From: Chiloscyllium plagiosum
Lineage: Eukaryota
Assembly: GCF_004010195.1 (NCBI RefSeq)
Contig: NC_057719.1
Coordinates: 59,754,408-59,818,407, forward strand
Length of the DNA stretch: 64,000 nucleotides
Direction of reading: 5' to 3'
Shown one piece after another: positions 37,776-51,229 of the stretch (the first letter of the stretch is position 1; each line of letters opens with the position of its first letter). A program made the position numbers and the translations under genes. The notes beneath the pieces are model-generated. The model was not told the origin of the DNA. It searched no databases and saw nothing but the letters and a program-made list of their open reading frames with translations.

Positions 37776-38032
37776 GTCATAGAGTCATAGAGATGTACAG
37801 CATGGAAACAGACCCCTCGGTTCAACCCGTCCATGCCGACCAGATATCCCAACCCAATCTAGTCCCACCTGCCAGCACCCGGCCCATATCCCTCCAAACC
37901 CTTCCTATTCATATACCCATCCAAATGCATGTTAAATGTTGCCTCCACCACTTCCTCTGGCAGCTTATTCCACACACGTGCCACCCTCTGTGTGAAAAAT
38001 TTGCCCCTTAGGTCTCTTTTATATCTTTCCCC
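37776..38032 (-). mobile_element. Young CR1/HER1-type LINE 3' end
   Basis: (GTCATAGA)2 tail then GATGTACAGCATGGAAACAGACCC...; nearly identical to 61230-61372. Confidence 0.9.
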
Positions 38033-39420
38033 TCATAGTGGACACCATCTATACCCCGCATTGCCAAGATCCCCCCAGAGCCACTGTATCCCTTTTTATC
38101 TTGCACTATCCCAACAATCCACCCTACCATGTGGACATCCATCATATTGAACTTCCCCAGTTGTCCTCCCTGCTCCCAGAATCCCATCATTACAACTTAA
38201 CAAAGCCTGTTCTGCTCCTCTTTGCTCCTCTGTGGTGGGTATTGTTCACTGCCACTAACACCCTCCCTAGCTTACCATTCCCTCGGATTCTGCATAACCC
38301 CCATAAACCTGGAGATTCTCCTCCATCACTGTAGTTGGCCCCCACCCCTGTAAATACCAGTCTTAATACCCCAGCCTTGACATGTTTATCTCTTTAATTA
38401 GTGACCACCCCCCCCCCCCACCCCCCCCCCCAACTGCCTCAAAAGGGCTCTCTTGCACTCTCTTTAATGATTGATAGTCAGAGGACCCCATTATTTGCCC
38501 AGACCTCTGACTGACTTTGATAAGCTGCTCCTAGACATGAGTGTCTAGTTCCCTAACCACTCAATCTGCATCTTCCAGCTGATGGTCACTCTCCCCAGTC
38601 TGTAATTGGATATATCATCTGACCGTGATCCGAGCGGGTGACTAGCAATCCCCAATGAACAGGCACTGTGTTTGCTGTACAGGCAGCTGGCACATACTGT
38701 AGGTGTTAGATTGAAGTCCTGGAGTGTGGTACAGCAAGTGATCCCCTGGCCCCCAGTCAGATCTCTACTGAAATGCATGACAAGCAGCTGTCAGTGTGAC
38801 GGAACTGAAGAGCACATCAACATGGCAGCTCCAACCAGAAGCCAAAGGTAATAGGCATAGCACAGAAATGCACAGCATGGATACTGGAGTATGGAGATCG
38901 GCATTAAGTGACTGAGCACTTAAGAGAACATGTGTGCAGCCTTGAGATGCAATGTGGTCCAGTCTGTGAGCTAGAAGCCTGTCCCTGTGCACTCAGTGTT
39001 CCTGCTGCAGTCTCTCAAAGCTAGTTGCCATCAGTGCTAGTCTGTGTTTCCTGAGTGGTCTCGAAGGGCATCAGGAAAGTGGCATGGCAGTCTTGAGGGG
39101 TTGCCAAATGTTGAATGTCATTGTGGATGAGGGGTATGTGTGTGATTGGTGCATGTGGATCATGCCCTGAGATGGTGCTAAGCAACATAGAAGTCCTTTG
39201 TAACAAACAGCGAGTTGAATTTACTAGTTTCTCAAACAAACTTCCATCTTGAAATTTCTTGTTGACTTGCTTATTTGATGAGTATGGTAAGATAGGAAAC
39301 TGATTATTAATGAGGGGAGTTGAGCTGTTAACAAGTATTAAATAAAGGATGTGAGCACCTTTGTACATTCTTATTCTGCTTTCTGAACTTTGCTTAATTC
39401 TTTTCAAGCACATTGTGTCT

Positions 39421-39742
39421 TTTTTTTATTCATTTATAGGCTATGGATGTCTCTCCTGGCTAGGTCACTGAGCTGCTTACTAGGCTGTTTCATAAGAGTT
39501 GACCACATTACCATGGGTCTGGAATCACATATAGACCACCAGGTAAGAACAGCCGATTTCCTTCCCTAAAGAACATTAATGAACCGGATGGATTTTAAAC
39601 AATAATTGATTGTAATTCCAGATGTCTTTGGATTTGAATTTTAGTTACCTGTGATAGGATTTGAATTTACATTTGTAGAATTTTAGAGTTTGGGGTTCTG
39701 GACTACTAGTCCAGTGATATTACCACTATGCCAACACTTCCC
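39421..39742 (-). mobile_element. tRNA-derived SINE, second family
   Basis: TTTCCTTCCCTAAAGAACATTAATGAACCGGATGG...TCTGGACTACTAGTCCAGTGATATTACCACTATGCC. Confidence 0.8.
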
Positions 39743-40113
39743 CTTGACCTCTAGATTGTAGGTAGTGACAACACAATTCCCACCTGAATGGAGATGTTTA
39801 GGTAATTCCTTTACTAATCGTGCCTGGAAAATATATCGCAATATGTGATTGGAATGTATTTTGAAATTTTAATTGGTTAGTTTTCAGGTTAGTGATAATA
39901 CTGTTAATCACTGACCTATGCTAAAAATTAACAAAGGGACAATACAAGGGTAATAAATTATTTTAATCAACATATTATGACACACCTCTGGGGCAGGTAA
40001 AAGCTTGAACCTGGTATCATGCAATAGGCCCAATGTTAGTGTCATTTTCAGGGAAGGTCCAGAAGATACAAATCTGTTCATTCTCTGTTTAGACATACCA
40101 GAGAACTATTGAA

Positions 40114-40154
40114 CGTGTGTGTGTGCGCGTGTATGTGTGTGTGTGTGTGTGTGT
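40114..40154. repeat. Imperfect (GT)n microsatellite
   Basis: Direct reading. Confidence 0.95.
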
Positions 40155-41514
40155 CAGAACTTTTTGAGAATTCTAAAATGTAACAGTGGCGTCACTGCTT
40201 TTACTAGAATGAGTTGCTGTAATTTCAATCACGTATGCTGCTTTTGAATAGACTGTGAATTGACTTTATTTGCATTGCTATTTGGTTTGTAAATAAAGTT
40301 TATTTATTGTAAAGTGGACAGTTTACTCTCAGACCTGCTCGTCCAACTCATTGGCTGACATATTGGTGTCAAGGAACACGCCTCTCATTCTATTTGTGTC
40401 ACTATGAACAGAACTAACAGATTCAGATTTGGCATGTGATCCGCCACAGAGAGCTGTTTTTCCTTCTTAAATCTCCTTATTGATAGTGATATTGGTTTCG
40501 GCAACTGGGTGCAGAACCCGCAGTACAGGCTGATCGTTCGCTAGTAAAGCAAAGAAGATTGAGTATATATTTAACATATCAATGGAATGTTTAGCACAAT
40601 GTATAGCCTATATTTCACTGCTTCTTCTCATGTTACCTGTAGAAATAATTTTTAATAGCATGTGTATCATCATATCATCACATGGAATCAAAACTGTAAT
40701 AGGCAGTATATTCGACTTTGTCGTCAGTGGTGAGTGGAGATTCTGAGTCATCTTCAAGCATGAAAACTCAGAGGTGATGAGCTGGCACATGCAATCAGAC
40801 TTTACAAAGCACGGCTATTTTGTGAATGACTGGATCTCATAAGGGCACTGATATAAAATCTAATCTAAAATCTTGCCCATTTAAATCCATTTCCACTCAC
40901 AATGCTTTCAGACAATGTGAGGTAATTGATGCAAGCAATATAAATATTTTCAAGAGACAATGTGTTTCTGGAGCAAAAATAATTGAGACATAGAGAGAGA
41001 ATTTGGGGTTTGATTTATAAGGATAGGATTTGCCTTCTTGGTTCAGTGACTTAGCCTCTTTGTAGACATTCTTATTGTGATCAATATCAGATTGAAATGT
41101 AATTTTTATTTCACAGTAATTTAACATGATATTTCTGAATTATTTTTATTGTATATTAGTAATTTAATCAATTCAGAATGGAAAGTCTTCTTGGTAGCAA
41201 TCAAACATTTAACATTTCCACCTATTGAACTTTCCCTTTTGGCAGCTCTGAGGAGAATGAAGAGAAGGAGAATGTAACGTAAGACAAATGCCATGTTATT
41301 GCTGCTATTCATAATTTATGGTTGACAGAACAGGAATAAATGGCCCAGGGTTTTAACTGTCACAGGGCCTCTGGCAGGAAACCATGTGAGATAATTCCCT
41401 ATCCTGTTGTGTCAGAATGAGGCAGTTAATTTTAATGGCTGGGCCACATTTAAATCTTTTCGGCTAGCTTCCTGCCTTTTCTATGAGGCAGTAGGAACTC
41501 ACATGGTCTAGAGT

Positions 41515-42760
41515 TCTGCTGTCTATATTTTAAGTATAAGAGTAGTGAAGTCTTGCTTCAATTGTAAAGGAACTTGGTAAGACCACACCTAGACTACTGT
41601 GTGAAGTTCTCTTTATCTCAGGAAAGATATTATTGCCATAAAGAATGGAACAAAGGTTCACTAGACTTATTCTCTAGATGACAGGTCTGATTATGAAGAG
41701 AAATGGGACAAACAGGGCCTTATTCTCTGGAGATTTGAAGGATGAAAGGTGATCTAGTTGAAACTTGCAACGTACTTGAAGAGATAGACAGGGTAGATAA
41801 AGGTAAGGTGTTACCCCAGTTGAGGGAATTTAAACTAGTGAGCAAAATTTGAAAATAAAGGGGCTGCTACTTAGGTCTGAGATGAGGAGAAATGATTTTA
41901 CTCAAAGGGTTGTGCAACTTTGTAACTCTCCACTTCAGAGGGCTTGGCGGCTCAGTCTTTGAGTATGTTTAGGGCATAGAGATTGATAGATTTCTGATTA
42001 CCATTTTTATATTGGGTTACAGGAATGTGGTGAGTTAAAGTCATTGAAGTGGTCAATCAGCCATGATTGTGCTGAATGACAGGACGGGCTTGATAGGCTG
42101 AATGTCCTACCCCCGTTCCTATATTCCTAAGAGCAGAAAGATCTGGAAGTATATGTGCCAAGGTCATTGAAGGTGGAAGATTGGTGAGGAGAGCAGTAAA
42201 ACAGGCAACATCCTCAGCTTCATTAGTAGATACATGACATACAAGAGCAAGGAGGTGATGGTGAACTTGTTAAAACACTTGTTAAACATCAGCTGGTGTA
42301 ATGTGTACAGCTATAGGAAAGATTTGGTTCCAAGAATGATAAACTTAAGTTTTGAGGGAAGATTGAATAAATTGGGACTGCTGTATTTGGAGAAAAGCAA
42401 GCTGAGAGAAAGTTTATTAGAAGTTTTCAAAACCATGAGTGAACGAGTGGAGTACATAAGGAGAAACTGTTCCCACTTGGAAAAGGAACAAGAACAAGAA
42501 CAAGAGGGTATTTGCAAAAGCAGCAGGAATGATATGAGAAAAAAAACACGTCTACATTCAGTGAGTAGTTGGAGTATGGAAGTGTGGTGAAGGCAGATTC
42601 ATTGAAGCATTCAAGATGACATGAGACTATTATTTGCATAAAAAGTAACTAGTATCTGGGGAAAAAGCAGAAGGTTAGCAATAGGTAATGTGTTCATTTG
42701 AAGAGTCAGTGCAGGTATATTAGGCCAAATGGTCTCCTTACTACTTCTGTGATTCTGTGC
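41515..42760 (+). mobile_element. Two tandem CR1 3' fragments (~41515-42130 and ~42130-42760)
   Basis: GTAAGACCACACCTAGACTACTGTGTG (VRPHLDYCV); YKSKEVM and RLNKLGL motifs; two separate CR1-type tails. Confidence 0.8.
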
Positions 42761-43071
42761 ATGGTGTGTGTGGGGAGGGATGGCAAGAAAGAACAGAGCT
42801 AAGCTTTCCCTGTGAAGCCTGAAGTAGCATTCTGCCCCAAGAAGGACAGGACATCATAATCCAGCCTCAATCTTTTCTGATTCTCTTCTGTCCGAAGGCT
42901 GGCTAGCTGATGGTAAGGTTGCAGCAGCCACCTTGCTCAGAGCTGAGTTGAAACAGCAATGGTATCACTGGATGGTGATAAGCTTAAGGACTTGGCTGGC
43001 TTTGGGTGGGTGATCTTACTATCTTCAAATCCCAAGTGGTGATATACAGCCTATTTTAGACTCTCCAGTCT

Positions 43072-44571
43072 ACCCACAGAAAGTGACTGGCACAGATGGA
43101 GTCACTGGCCATGCACTCACATCCTGTGTGGACCAGCTGGCGGGAGTATTCACTGACATCTTTAACCTCTCCTACAATTATCTGAATTCTCCTCCTGCTT
43201 CAAGAAGACCACCATCATCCCAATACCAAAGAAAAATCATACAGCTTGCCTCAATGACTACTGCCCTGTGGCTCTGACCTCCATAATTATGAAGTGCTTC
43301 AAGACGTTAGTGATGGCTCATATCTGCTCCAGCCTCCCAGCCTGCCTTCATCCTTTGCAATTCACCTAGTTGTCTGCAGCACACATCTTGGCCCTACACT
43401 CATCCCTGAAACATCTGGATAACAAGGATACCTATGTCAGGCTCTTACCCTGACTACAGTTCAACCTTCAAAACTCGAATTCCAACCAAACTAATCTCCA
43501 AACTCCAGGATCTAGGTCTCTGCTGCATCCTCTGCAATTGGATCCTCAACCTCCTGACCCACAGATCGCCATCAGTGTGTATAAGCAAGAGCACCTCCTC
43601 CACAATAATCCTCAACACTGGTGCCCCACAAGCTTGCGTACTCAGCCTTCTCCTACATAGTCATGACTGTGTGGCCAAATTTCATCCTAAATCCATCTAC
43701 AAGTTTGCTGATGACACTACCATTGTAGAACAGATCTCAATCAATGACAAGATTGAATACAGAAAAGAGATAGAGTGCTTGGTGGTGTGGTGTAAATATA
43801 ACAATCTCTCCCTCAATGTCAGCAAAATGCAAGAGCTGGTCATTGACTTCAGGAAATAAGGTAGAAAGCATGTTCGTGTCTACATTAATGGAGATAAGGT
43901 GGAGATGATTGATAGCGTCAAGTTCCTAGGAGTAACAATCACCAATAATCAGTCCTGGTCCACCCATGCTGATGTGACAATCAAGAAAATACAACAACCC
44001 CTCTACTTTCTTAAGAATGCTAAGGAAATTTGGCTTGTTCTCTTACCAATTTATATAGATGCACCATAGAAAACATTCTATCTTGATGCATCGTGGCTTG
44101 GTATGGCAACTGCTCTGCCCGGGACAGTAAGGTAATACAGAGAGTTGTGAACAGCCCAGTCTATCACGTTAGCCAAGCTCCCATCCACTGACTCCATCTG
44201 TACTTCTCACTGCCTCAGAAAGACAGCCAACATATTGAGAGACCCCGCCCATCCTGGCTATAATCTCTTCCAACTGCTTTTGTCAGGCAAAAGATACAAA
44301 AGATTAAATACACGTACCAACAGATTCAAAGACAGCTTCTTCCTCGCTGTTATTGGACTTCTGAATGGACTTCTTAAATTTCGAACTTAATGCTGATCTC
44401 GGTCTTTGTGCACCTTCTCTGCAGAGGCAACATTGTATTTCTCACTCTGTTCTATTACCTTAATGCACTTCGTATGGTATGATATGCCTGTACTGCAGGC
44501 AAAACAAAACTTTTTCTGTACCTAGGCATGTGTGACAAGAATAAATAAATCAAATGAAATGAAATCAAATT
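43072..44571 (+). mobile_element. Rex1/Babar-type LINE, 5'-truncated and decayed
   Basis: [65 protein letters not shown]; the 3' end has AATAAA and a (TSAAA)n-like tail. Confidence 0.9.
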
Positions 44572-46020
44572 GAATATTTTAAGTATGTAACTCTGGGCAT
44601 TGTAACCAACAATCTCTTAGGTTTCTATTAGGATCAAACATATTTGTAAATTAACTTATTAAATGCTCTCTGTTAATGGAATATCTTCCCAGCTTGTCAG
44701 TGTTCAAGTGATGTCCTACTGTGAGGTCAGAATATAGCCCTGAAATGTTGTTGCTGCTACCTAAGCTGTTTGGAAAGAATCTCAAAAATCACCCTGGTGA
44801 TTTTACAATTAAAATTTCAACTTTCTTTACTGTGTGTGCTGTAAATCAAGTGCTACAAAATTGAATGGAACTCTTTAGTCACAGCTGAACCAGAAGGTCC
44901 TGTTTTGTGAACCCATTAATGAGTAACAGTTTGGGCACACTGTAATAAAACAACCATTTAATGGAACAGTTGAATGTTTAACAACTTCACCTGAAAATTT
45001 CCATTTAAATAGTGAGAAAGAAAATACTTCAAGTTCTGGTTGGAGGATGCCATTGTGTTGTTAAACTGAATAAAAATGAACATTTTGCTGCTAAATTAAA
45101 GTAAAATCCATAATTTGATACTGGAGGGAAATTCTGGGTTTGTACAATTTCATCTTCAGAGCTATTGTGTATTTTTTACTATATTTTGAATTTTCTTTTG
45201 TTAACCAGTGATTTATTTGTCCATTCAATGGTGCTCCATTTGGATGGATACAGTGATGCCCTTGCGTGACAGCACATCAAGCTAAGGCTGGATCAGAGCA
45301 AACCCCCAGAGCATTCCTGCTGAAAAAATACTTTGTTCCATGCTGCATCTCGATATCAAAAGGAATATTGTAGCCAGGCTGTTTGAACTATGTGTCTTTT
45401 CCTGTAACAAAGCAAAGGAATTTAAAGTCATATTCCCTAAAGTATAGTCAACCTGACTGGCATATTAATTAAAACTGTACTTACTTTTCCTATCAATGTC
45501 TGACACTGTATTAGAATTTTTTTTCTGTGGGGACAATAAACTAAACAAAAATTCATTTCACATGAATAACCATATGGTAAAATAGGAATCATTCATTCTC
45601 AAAACACACCTTTATTTCTAGTGAATTTTGCTCCAGTATTTTGGTGGATTCCTTGAAAACTGTCCACCTTGTTCACTCATTTTTATCATCATCCGTCAGC
45701 TGCCCCTACAACTTTGTGGTTCCTATCAAAATTTGGGGAAGCGATGGAAAATTGTGTATCCAGGACCACTTGGTGAAACTCATAACTGATCTTGGAGAAA
45801 CCTGTGTCGCGGAGCTCACAGCACTTAGAGCAGCTGACGGATAGTTTTTAAGTGTAACCTTACTTTTTTTTGTAAATCAATAATAATGAGAAGAGTGTTT
45901 TTATTGAGAGCTGTCTTTTGATTAAACTTTAAAAATATAAAACATAGGTACTAAGTTAGTGTTTCTTAGAGCAGTATGACTATGCTATATTCTGGGTCTG
46001 TAGATTGTTAAGGAGCAAAG

Positions 46021-46956
46021 ATGGCCTTTAGTAAAGTGATGTGCTCTTCCTGTTGGATGTGGAAGTTTAGGGAGAGTTTCCATGATACTGATTATGTCTA
46101 CAGGAAGTGTGCTTGATTACAAATCCTATCGGATCATATGCATTGTTTGGAGCTGTGATTAGAGGCAATGAGGAATTTACAGGAGCTAGGGGGTGTGATG
46201 TATGGCAGTTTGAGGAAGGGAGATAAACCAAAGTTAGAGTCATGTGGATGGGTTAACTCCAGGAAAGGTAGAAGAGGTAGGCAGGTAATTCAGGAGTCTC
46301 TGTTGGCTATCCCCATCTCAAACAAGTATGATGTTTTGGAAAATATAGTGGGTGATGGACTCTCATGGGAATGTAGTACTGACAGCCAGGTTTCTGGTGC
46401 CAAGAGTGGCTCTACTGTAACGTGGAGTACATCGGGTTCCAAATGATCGATTGTGATAGGAGACTCTCTAGTCAGAGGTACAGAAAGGCGTTTCTGCAGC
46501 TGACAGTGAGACATCAAAATGGTGTGTTGCTTCTCTGGTGCCAGGATCAAGGATGTCTCAGAGAGGGTGCAAAATGTTCTCAAAGGGGTGAGGGACCAGC
46601 AGGAGGTCATTGTACACATTGGAACCAATGACATAGGAAGAGAAAGGGATGGAATTCTGAGGAGAGCATATAGGAAGTTAGGCAGAAATTTAAAAAGTAG
46701 GCCCTTGAGGGTAGTAATACTGGGATTATTCCCAGTGCTATGAGCTAGTGAGTGCAGGAATAGGAGGATAGAGCAGATGAATGCATGGCTGAGAAGCTGG
46801 TGTATGGGAGAAGGATTCACATTTTTGGATCATTGAGATCTCTTTTGGTTTAGAAATGATCTGTATACGAAGGATGGATTGCACCTGAATTGAAACGGGA
46901 CTAATATACTTGCAGGGAGATTTGATAGAGCTGTTTGGGAGAATTTAAGTGATTAA
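46021..46956 (+). pseudogene. CR1 ORF1 pseudo-ORF: zinc finger/leucine zipper plus SGNH esterase domain
   Basis: One frame: MAFSKVMCSSC...RKC, GDS (46459), GAR, HIGTND (GTND at 46621), DGLHLN (46873); broken only by TGA stops. Confidence 0.88.
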
Positions 46957-47100
46957 GGTGGGTGGGGGGTGGGGGTGGTGTGTGGGTTGTGGGGCAGTGG
47001 GACCTGCAGAGATAGTGAGGAAAGAGATCAATCTGAGCCTGGTACAGTTGGGAAAAGGAGCAACTCAAACAGTCAGGGCAGGCAGGGACAAAGCAGAGAA

Positions 47101-47708
47101 CTTGCAGAACATTTCAGAGAAGATCTCCGGGACACATGCACTAAACAACCCCACCGCCCTGTGGCCGAACACTATAACTCCCTCTCCCACTCTGCCAAGG
47201 ATATGTAAGTCCAAAGCCTCCTCCACTGCCAATCCTAGCCACCGACACCTGGAGGAAGAACGCCTCATCTTCTGCCTTGAGACTCTCCAACCACACGGAA
47301 TTTCACCAGTTTCCTCATTTCCTCTTCTATCACTATCCCAGATCCAAACTTCCAACTCGGCACCGTCCTCTTGAACTGTCCTACCTGTCCATCTTCCTTC
47401 CCACCTATTCACTCCACCCTCCACTCCGACCTCCACCCTCTGACTCCACACCATCACTCTCCACATCCATCTACCTATCACATTCCCAGCCACCTTCCCC
47501 CAGCTGCATCTGCATCCCCCCCAACCCCTCCCCCACCCCCAGCCCATTTATTTCTCAGCCATCTTGGGCCGTCCCCTATTCCTGATGAAGAGCTTATGCT
47601 CAAAACATCGACTCTTCTGCTTCTTGGTTGCCATCTGACCTGCTGTGCTTTTCCAGCACCACGTTGTTTGAGTCTGATCTCCAGCATCTGCAGTTATCAC
47701 TTTCTCCT
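47101..47708 (+). mobile_element. Neptune-type PLE 3' fragment inserted between CR1 ORF1 and ORF2
   Basis: LAEHFREDL...PHRPVAEHYNSLSHS...EEERLIFCLETLQPHG; terminal repeat with a mutated HHR (CTGATGA at 47582, AAAACATC); AGAGAA at both junctions. Confidence 0.9.
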
Positions 47709-50094
47709 AGAGAATGAGGTAGGACTGATAAATTAAACTGCATTTATTTCAATGCAAGCGGCCCAACAGGTGAGGCAGATGAACTCAGGGTATGGTTGGG
47801 AACATGGGACTGGGATATCATAGCAATTTCACCGACGTGGCTCAGAGATGGTCAGGACTTGCAGCTTAATGTTCCAGGATATAGATGCTATAAGAAAGAT
47901 AGGAAGGGAGGTAGGAGAGGAAAGCAAGTGGTGTTTTTGATAAGGGATAACATTATAGCTGTACTTAGGGAGGATATTCCTGGGAATATATCCAAGGAGG
48001 TTATTTGGGTAGAACTGAGGAATAAGAAAAGGATGATCACCTTATTGAGATTGTACTATAGACCCCCTAATAGTCTGTGGGAAATTGAGAAACAAATTTG
48101 TAAGGAGATCTCAGTTATCTGAAAGAATAATAGGATGGTAATGTTAGGGAAATTTAACTTTCCAGGACAAAGGATAACTAGGAGGAGTATAGGGCCCCTC
48201 AAAGATCAGCAAGGCCACCAATGTGAGGAACCGCAAGATTTGGGGGAGATACTAAATGAGTATTTTGCATCAATGTTTATTGTGAAAAAGGATATGGAAG
48301 ATCTAGAATGTGGGAAAATTAATAGCAGCATCTTAAAAACTGTCCATATTACAGAGGAGGAGGTTCTGAACATCTTAAAATGCATAAAGGTAGATAAATC
48401 CTTGGGATCTGATGGTGTACTCTTGAACTGTATGGGAAGCTAAGGAAGTGATTGTTGGGCCCCTTGCTGAGATATTTGCATCATTGATAACCATAGGTGA
48501 GGTGCTGGGAAGACTGGAAGTTGGCTAATGTGGTGTCACTACTTAAGAAAGGTGGTAAGGAAAAGTCAGGGAACTATAGACCAGTGAGCCTGACATCGGT
48601 AGTGGGCACGTTGTTGGAGGGAATCCTGAGTGACAGGATGTACATGTATTTGGAAGGGTAAGGTCTGATTAGGGATAGTCAGCATGACTTTTTGTGTGGG
48701 AAATCATATCTCACTAACTTGACTGAGTTTTTTAAAGAAGTAATAAAGAGGATTGATGAGGGCAGAGCGGTGGTCATGATCTGTATGGACTTCAGTAAGG
48801 CGTTTGACAAGTTTCCCTATGAGAAACTGATTAGCAAGGTTAGATCTCATGGAATACAGGGAGAACTAGCCATTTGGATACAGAACTGGCTCCAAGGTAG
48901 AAGACAGAGGGTGATGTTGGAGGGTTGTTTTAAAGACTGGGGGTCTGTGACCAGTGGAGTGCCACAAGAATCGATGCTCGGTCCACTGCTTTTTTTCATT
49001 TATATAAGTGATTTGGATGTGAACATAGGAAGTACGATTAGTAAGTTTGCAAATGATACCAAAATTGGAGGTGTAGTGGACAGCAAAGCAAGTTCTCTCA
49101 GTGTACAATGGGATCTTGATCAGATGAGCCAATGGGCTGAGGAATGTCAGATGGAGTTTAATTTAGATAAAAGTGAGGTGCTGCATTTTGGGAAAGCAAA
49201 TCAGGGCAGGACTTATAAGTTAATGGTCAGGTCCTGGGGTGTGTTGCTGAACAAAGACGCCTTGGAGTGCAGCTTTGTAGCTCCTTGAAAGTAGAGTCGC
49301 AGGTGGATAGGATAGTGAAGAAGGCGTTTGGTATGCTTGCTTTGAGTAAAGGAGTTGGGAGGTGATGTTGCAGCTATTCAGGATATTGGTTACTACATTC
49401 TGCCAGGGTTGGAGGGTTTGGGATATTGGGAAAGGTTGAATATGCTAAGGCTATTTTGTCTGCAGCATTAGAAGCTGAGGGGTGACCTTATTGAGGTTTA
49501 TATAATCAAGAGGGACATGGAAAGGTTGAATAGCCAAGCTCTTTTCTCTAGGGTGGGGAGTCCAAGTATTTAAAAGGAACCTAAAGGGCAACTTTTTCAC
49601 GCAGAGGATGGTATGAGCATGGAATGAGCTGCCAGAGAAGGTGGTGGAGGCTGGTACAATAACAACATTTAAAAGATGTCTGGATGGGTATATGAATAGG
49701 AAGGGTTTGGAGGGATATAGGCCAAATGCTGGCAAATGGACCTAAATTAATTTAGGATATCTGGATGACGTGGACAAATTAGACTGAAGGATAAACACAA
49801 TTGTAGGTAGTATTCTAAAAGTGGCTTTACCAATGTCCTGTACAGCTGTAGCAGAACATCCCAACCGGAGGCTCAGTGTGATTTCTATAAATTTTGTTCA
49901 AAGCCAACTATCAGTTTTGCCATCTCTTAGATTCAATATTGTACAGAAGTCCATCTGTTCTGTTAGGAGGAATGCAAGAGATCTCATGGTCAATATTGTT
50001 CTTCGAAGTATTAAGTTCTCTGTTTGTGTGTGGCATAAGCACTGGCATAGGAATACTGCTTCTCAAATCATCTGCTTCTCTGCAGAAAAATATA

Positions 50095-50250
50095 TTTTTT
50101 CACAGGATGTGAGCATTGCTATTAAGGCCAGCCTTCATTTCCCATTCCCAAATGCACTTGAGAACCTGCTAATGATCTTCTTGAACTTCGGAAATCTATG
50201 ATGTGTAGGTCATTCCAGCATGTGGTTTGGAAGAGATTTCCAAGAGTTTG
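50095..50250 (-). mobile_element. CR1-group LINE tail fragment
   Basis: TTCACAGGATGTGAGCATTGCT...GGCCAGC...TTCTTGAAC parallels 24555-24700. Confidence 0.6.
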
Positions 50251-50284
50251 ATCCAGTGTCACTGAAGTGCTACAAATCACTCCA

Positions 50285-50640
50285 TGGGGAAGGGTGAATG
50301 ATCAGTGGTCATGGCCAACATTAGTAGCACTGACACAGACAAAGAGGATTGTGTTCCTTCATTCTGAATTTAGAGAGCTTGGTGTGCAGTTAACAAGCAG
50401 GACCTCAAAGTATTAATCTTTGAATTATTGCAGGCAAGTGAGTGTAGAAATAAGAGGGTAAAGCAGATGAATATGTGATTGGAAAGATGGTGTTGGGGTT
50501 GTATTAGATTCTTGGGTCATTGGGATCAGCTCTGGGGAGATTGTATTGTACAGATTGCACAGACCTGTACAGGTTTGGAAACTTGAACCAATTACCTTGT
50601 GGATGATGTACTAATTTTACTGGGGGAGAGTTTACATTAA
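50285..50640 (+). mobile_element. Old CR1 ORF1 esterase fragment
   Basis: AAGCAGGACCTCAAAG (SRTSK), GCAAGTGAGTGTAGAAATAAGAGGGTAAAGCAGATGAAT (ASECRNKRVKQMN), TTCTTGGGTCATTGGGAT (FLGHWD). Confidence 0.75.
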
Positions 50641-50867
50641 GCTGTCAGGTGTGTTGGGATCAGGAGTTAGAATAGAGAAACATCAAGATGTATAGAATGC
50701 AAGCTAATGTGCAGTCTAAAGGGTAGCACTATCATTCATCACTTGAAAATGTTCAGATCACATTGGATTACTGAAATTGCAATAATTCACATTAAAAAAG
50801 AGAAACATCTGATTGCTCTGTTGAAGAGTGAGAAGGTTTAAGAAATGCCAAGGAATTTGAAACCACA

Positions 50868-51175
50868 TTAGATTAGATTATTTTCCGTGCGGAAACAGGC
50901 CCTTCGACCCAACAAGTCCACACTGACCCGCAACCCACCCAGACCCATTCTCCTACATTTACCCCTTCACCTAACACTATGGGCAATTTAGCATGGTCAA
51001 TTCACCTAACCTGCACATTTTTGGATTGTGGGAGGAAACCAGAGCACCCGGAGGAAACCCACGCGGACACAGGGAGAATGTGCAAACTCCACACAGAGAG
51101 TCGCCTGAGGCGGGAATTGGCGTCTCTGGCGCTGTGAAGTAGCAGTGCTAACCACTGTGCCACCGTGCCGCCCAC
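50868..51175 (-). mobile_element. Full-length HE1/V-SINE-type SINE with probable TSD
   Basis: Head GTGGGCGGCACGGTGGCACAGTGGTTAGCACTGC and (TCTAA)n tail; AATTTGAAAC at 50854-50863 and 51178-51187. Confidence 0.92.
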
Positions 51176-51229
51176 TAAATTTGAAACTGTTTCAAATCCA
51201 GTTTGACCTTGCAAAGGAAAAGCAAATTG

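Larger units (their letters stand above)
45805..49790 (+). mobile_element. Near full-length CR1/HER1-type LINE, non-functional, with internal deletions and a nested PLE
   Basis: ORF1 at 46021-46956; APE from ~47730 (NCIYFNA, DIIAI, YYRPPN, FNFP); RT (MDFSKAFDK, SGVPQ, LGPLLF, KFANDTK); 3' region to ~49790. The 5' boundary is uncertain. Confidence 0.9.

Noticed and set aside
51125..51175. tRNA-like A/B box sequence
   Set aside because: A SINE head continuing into SINE body and tail, not a tRNA gene.
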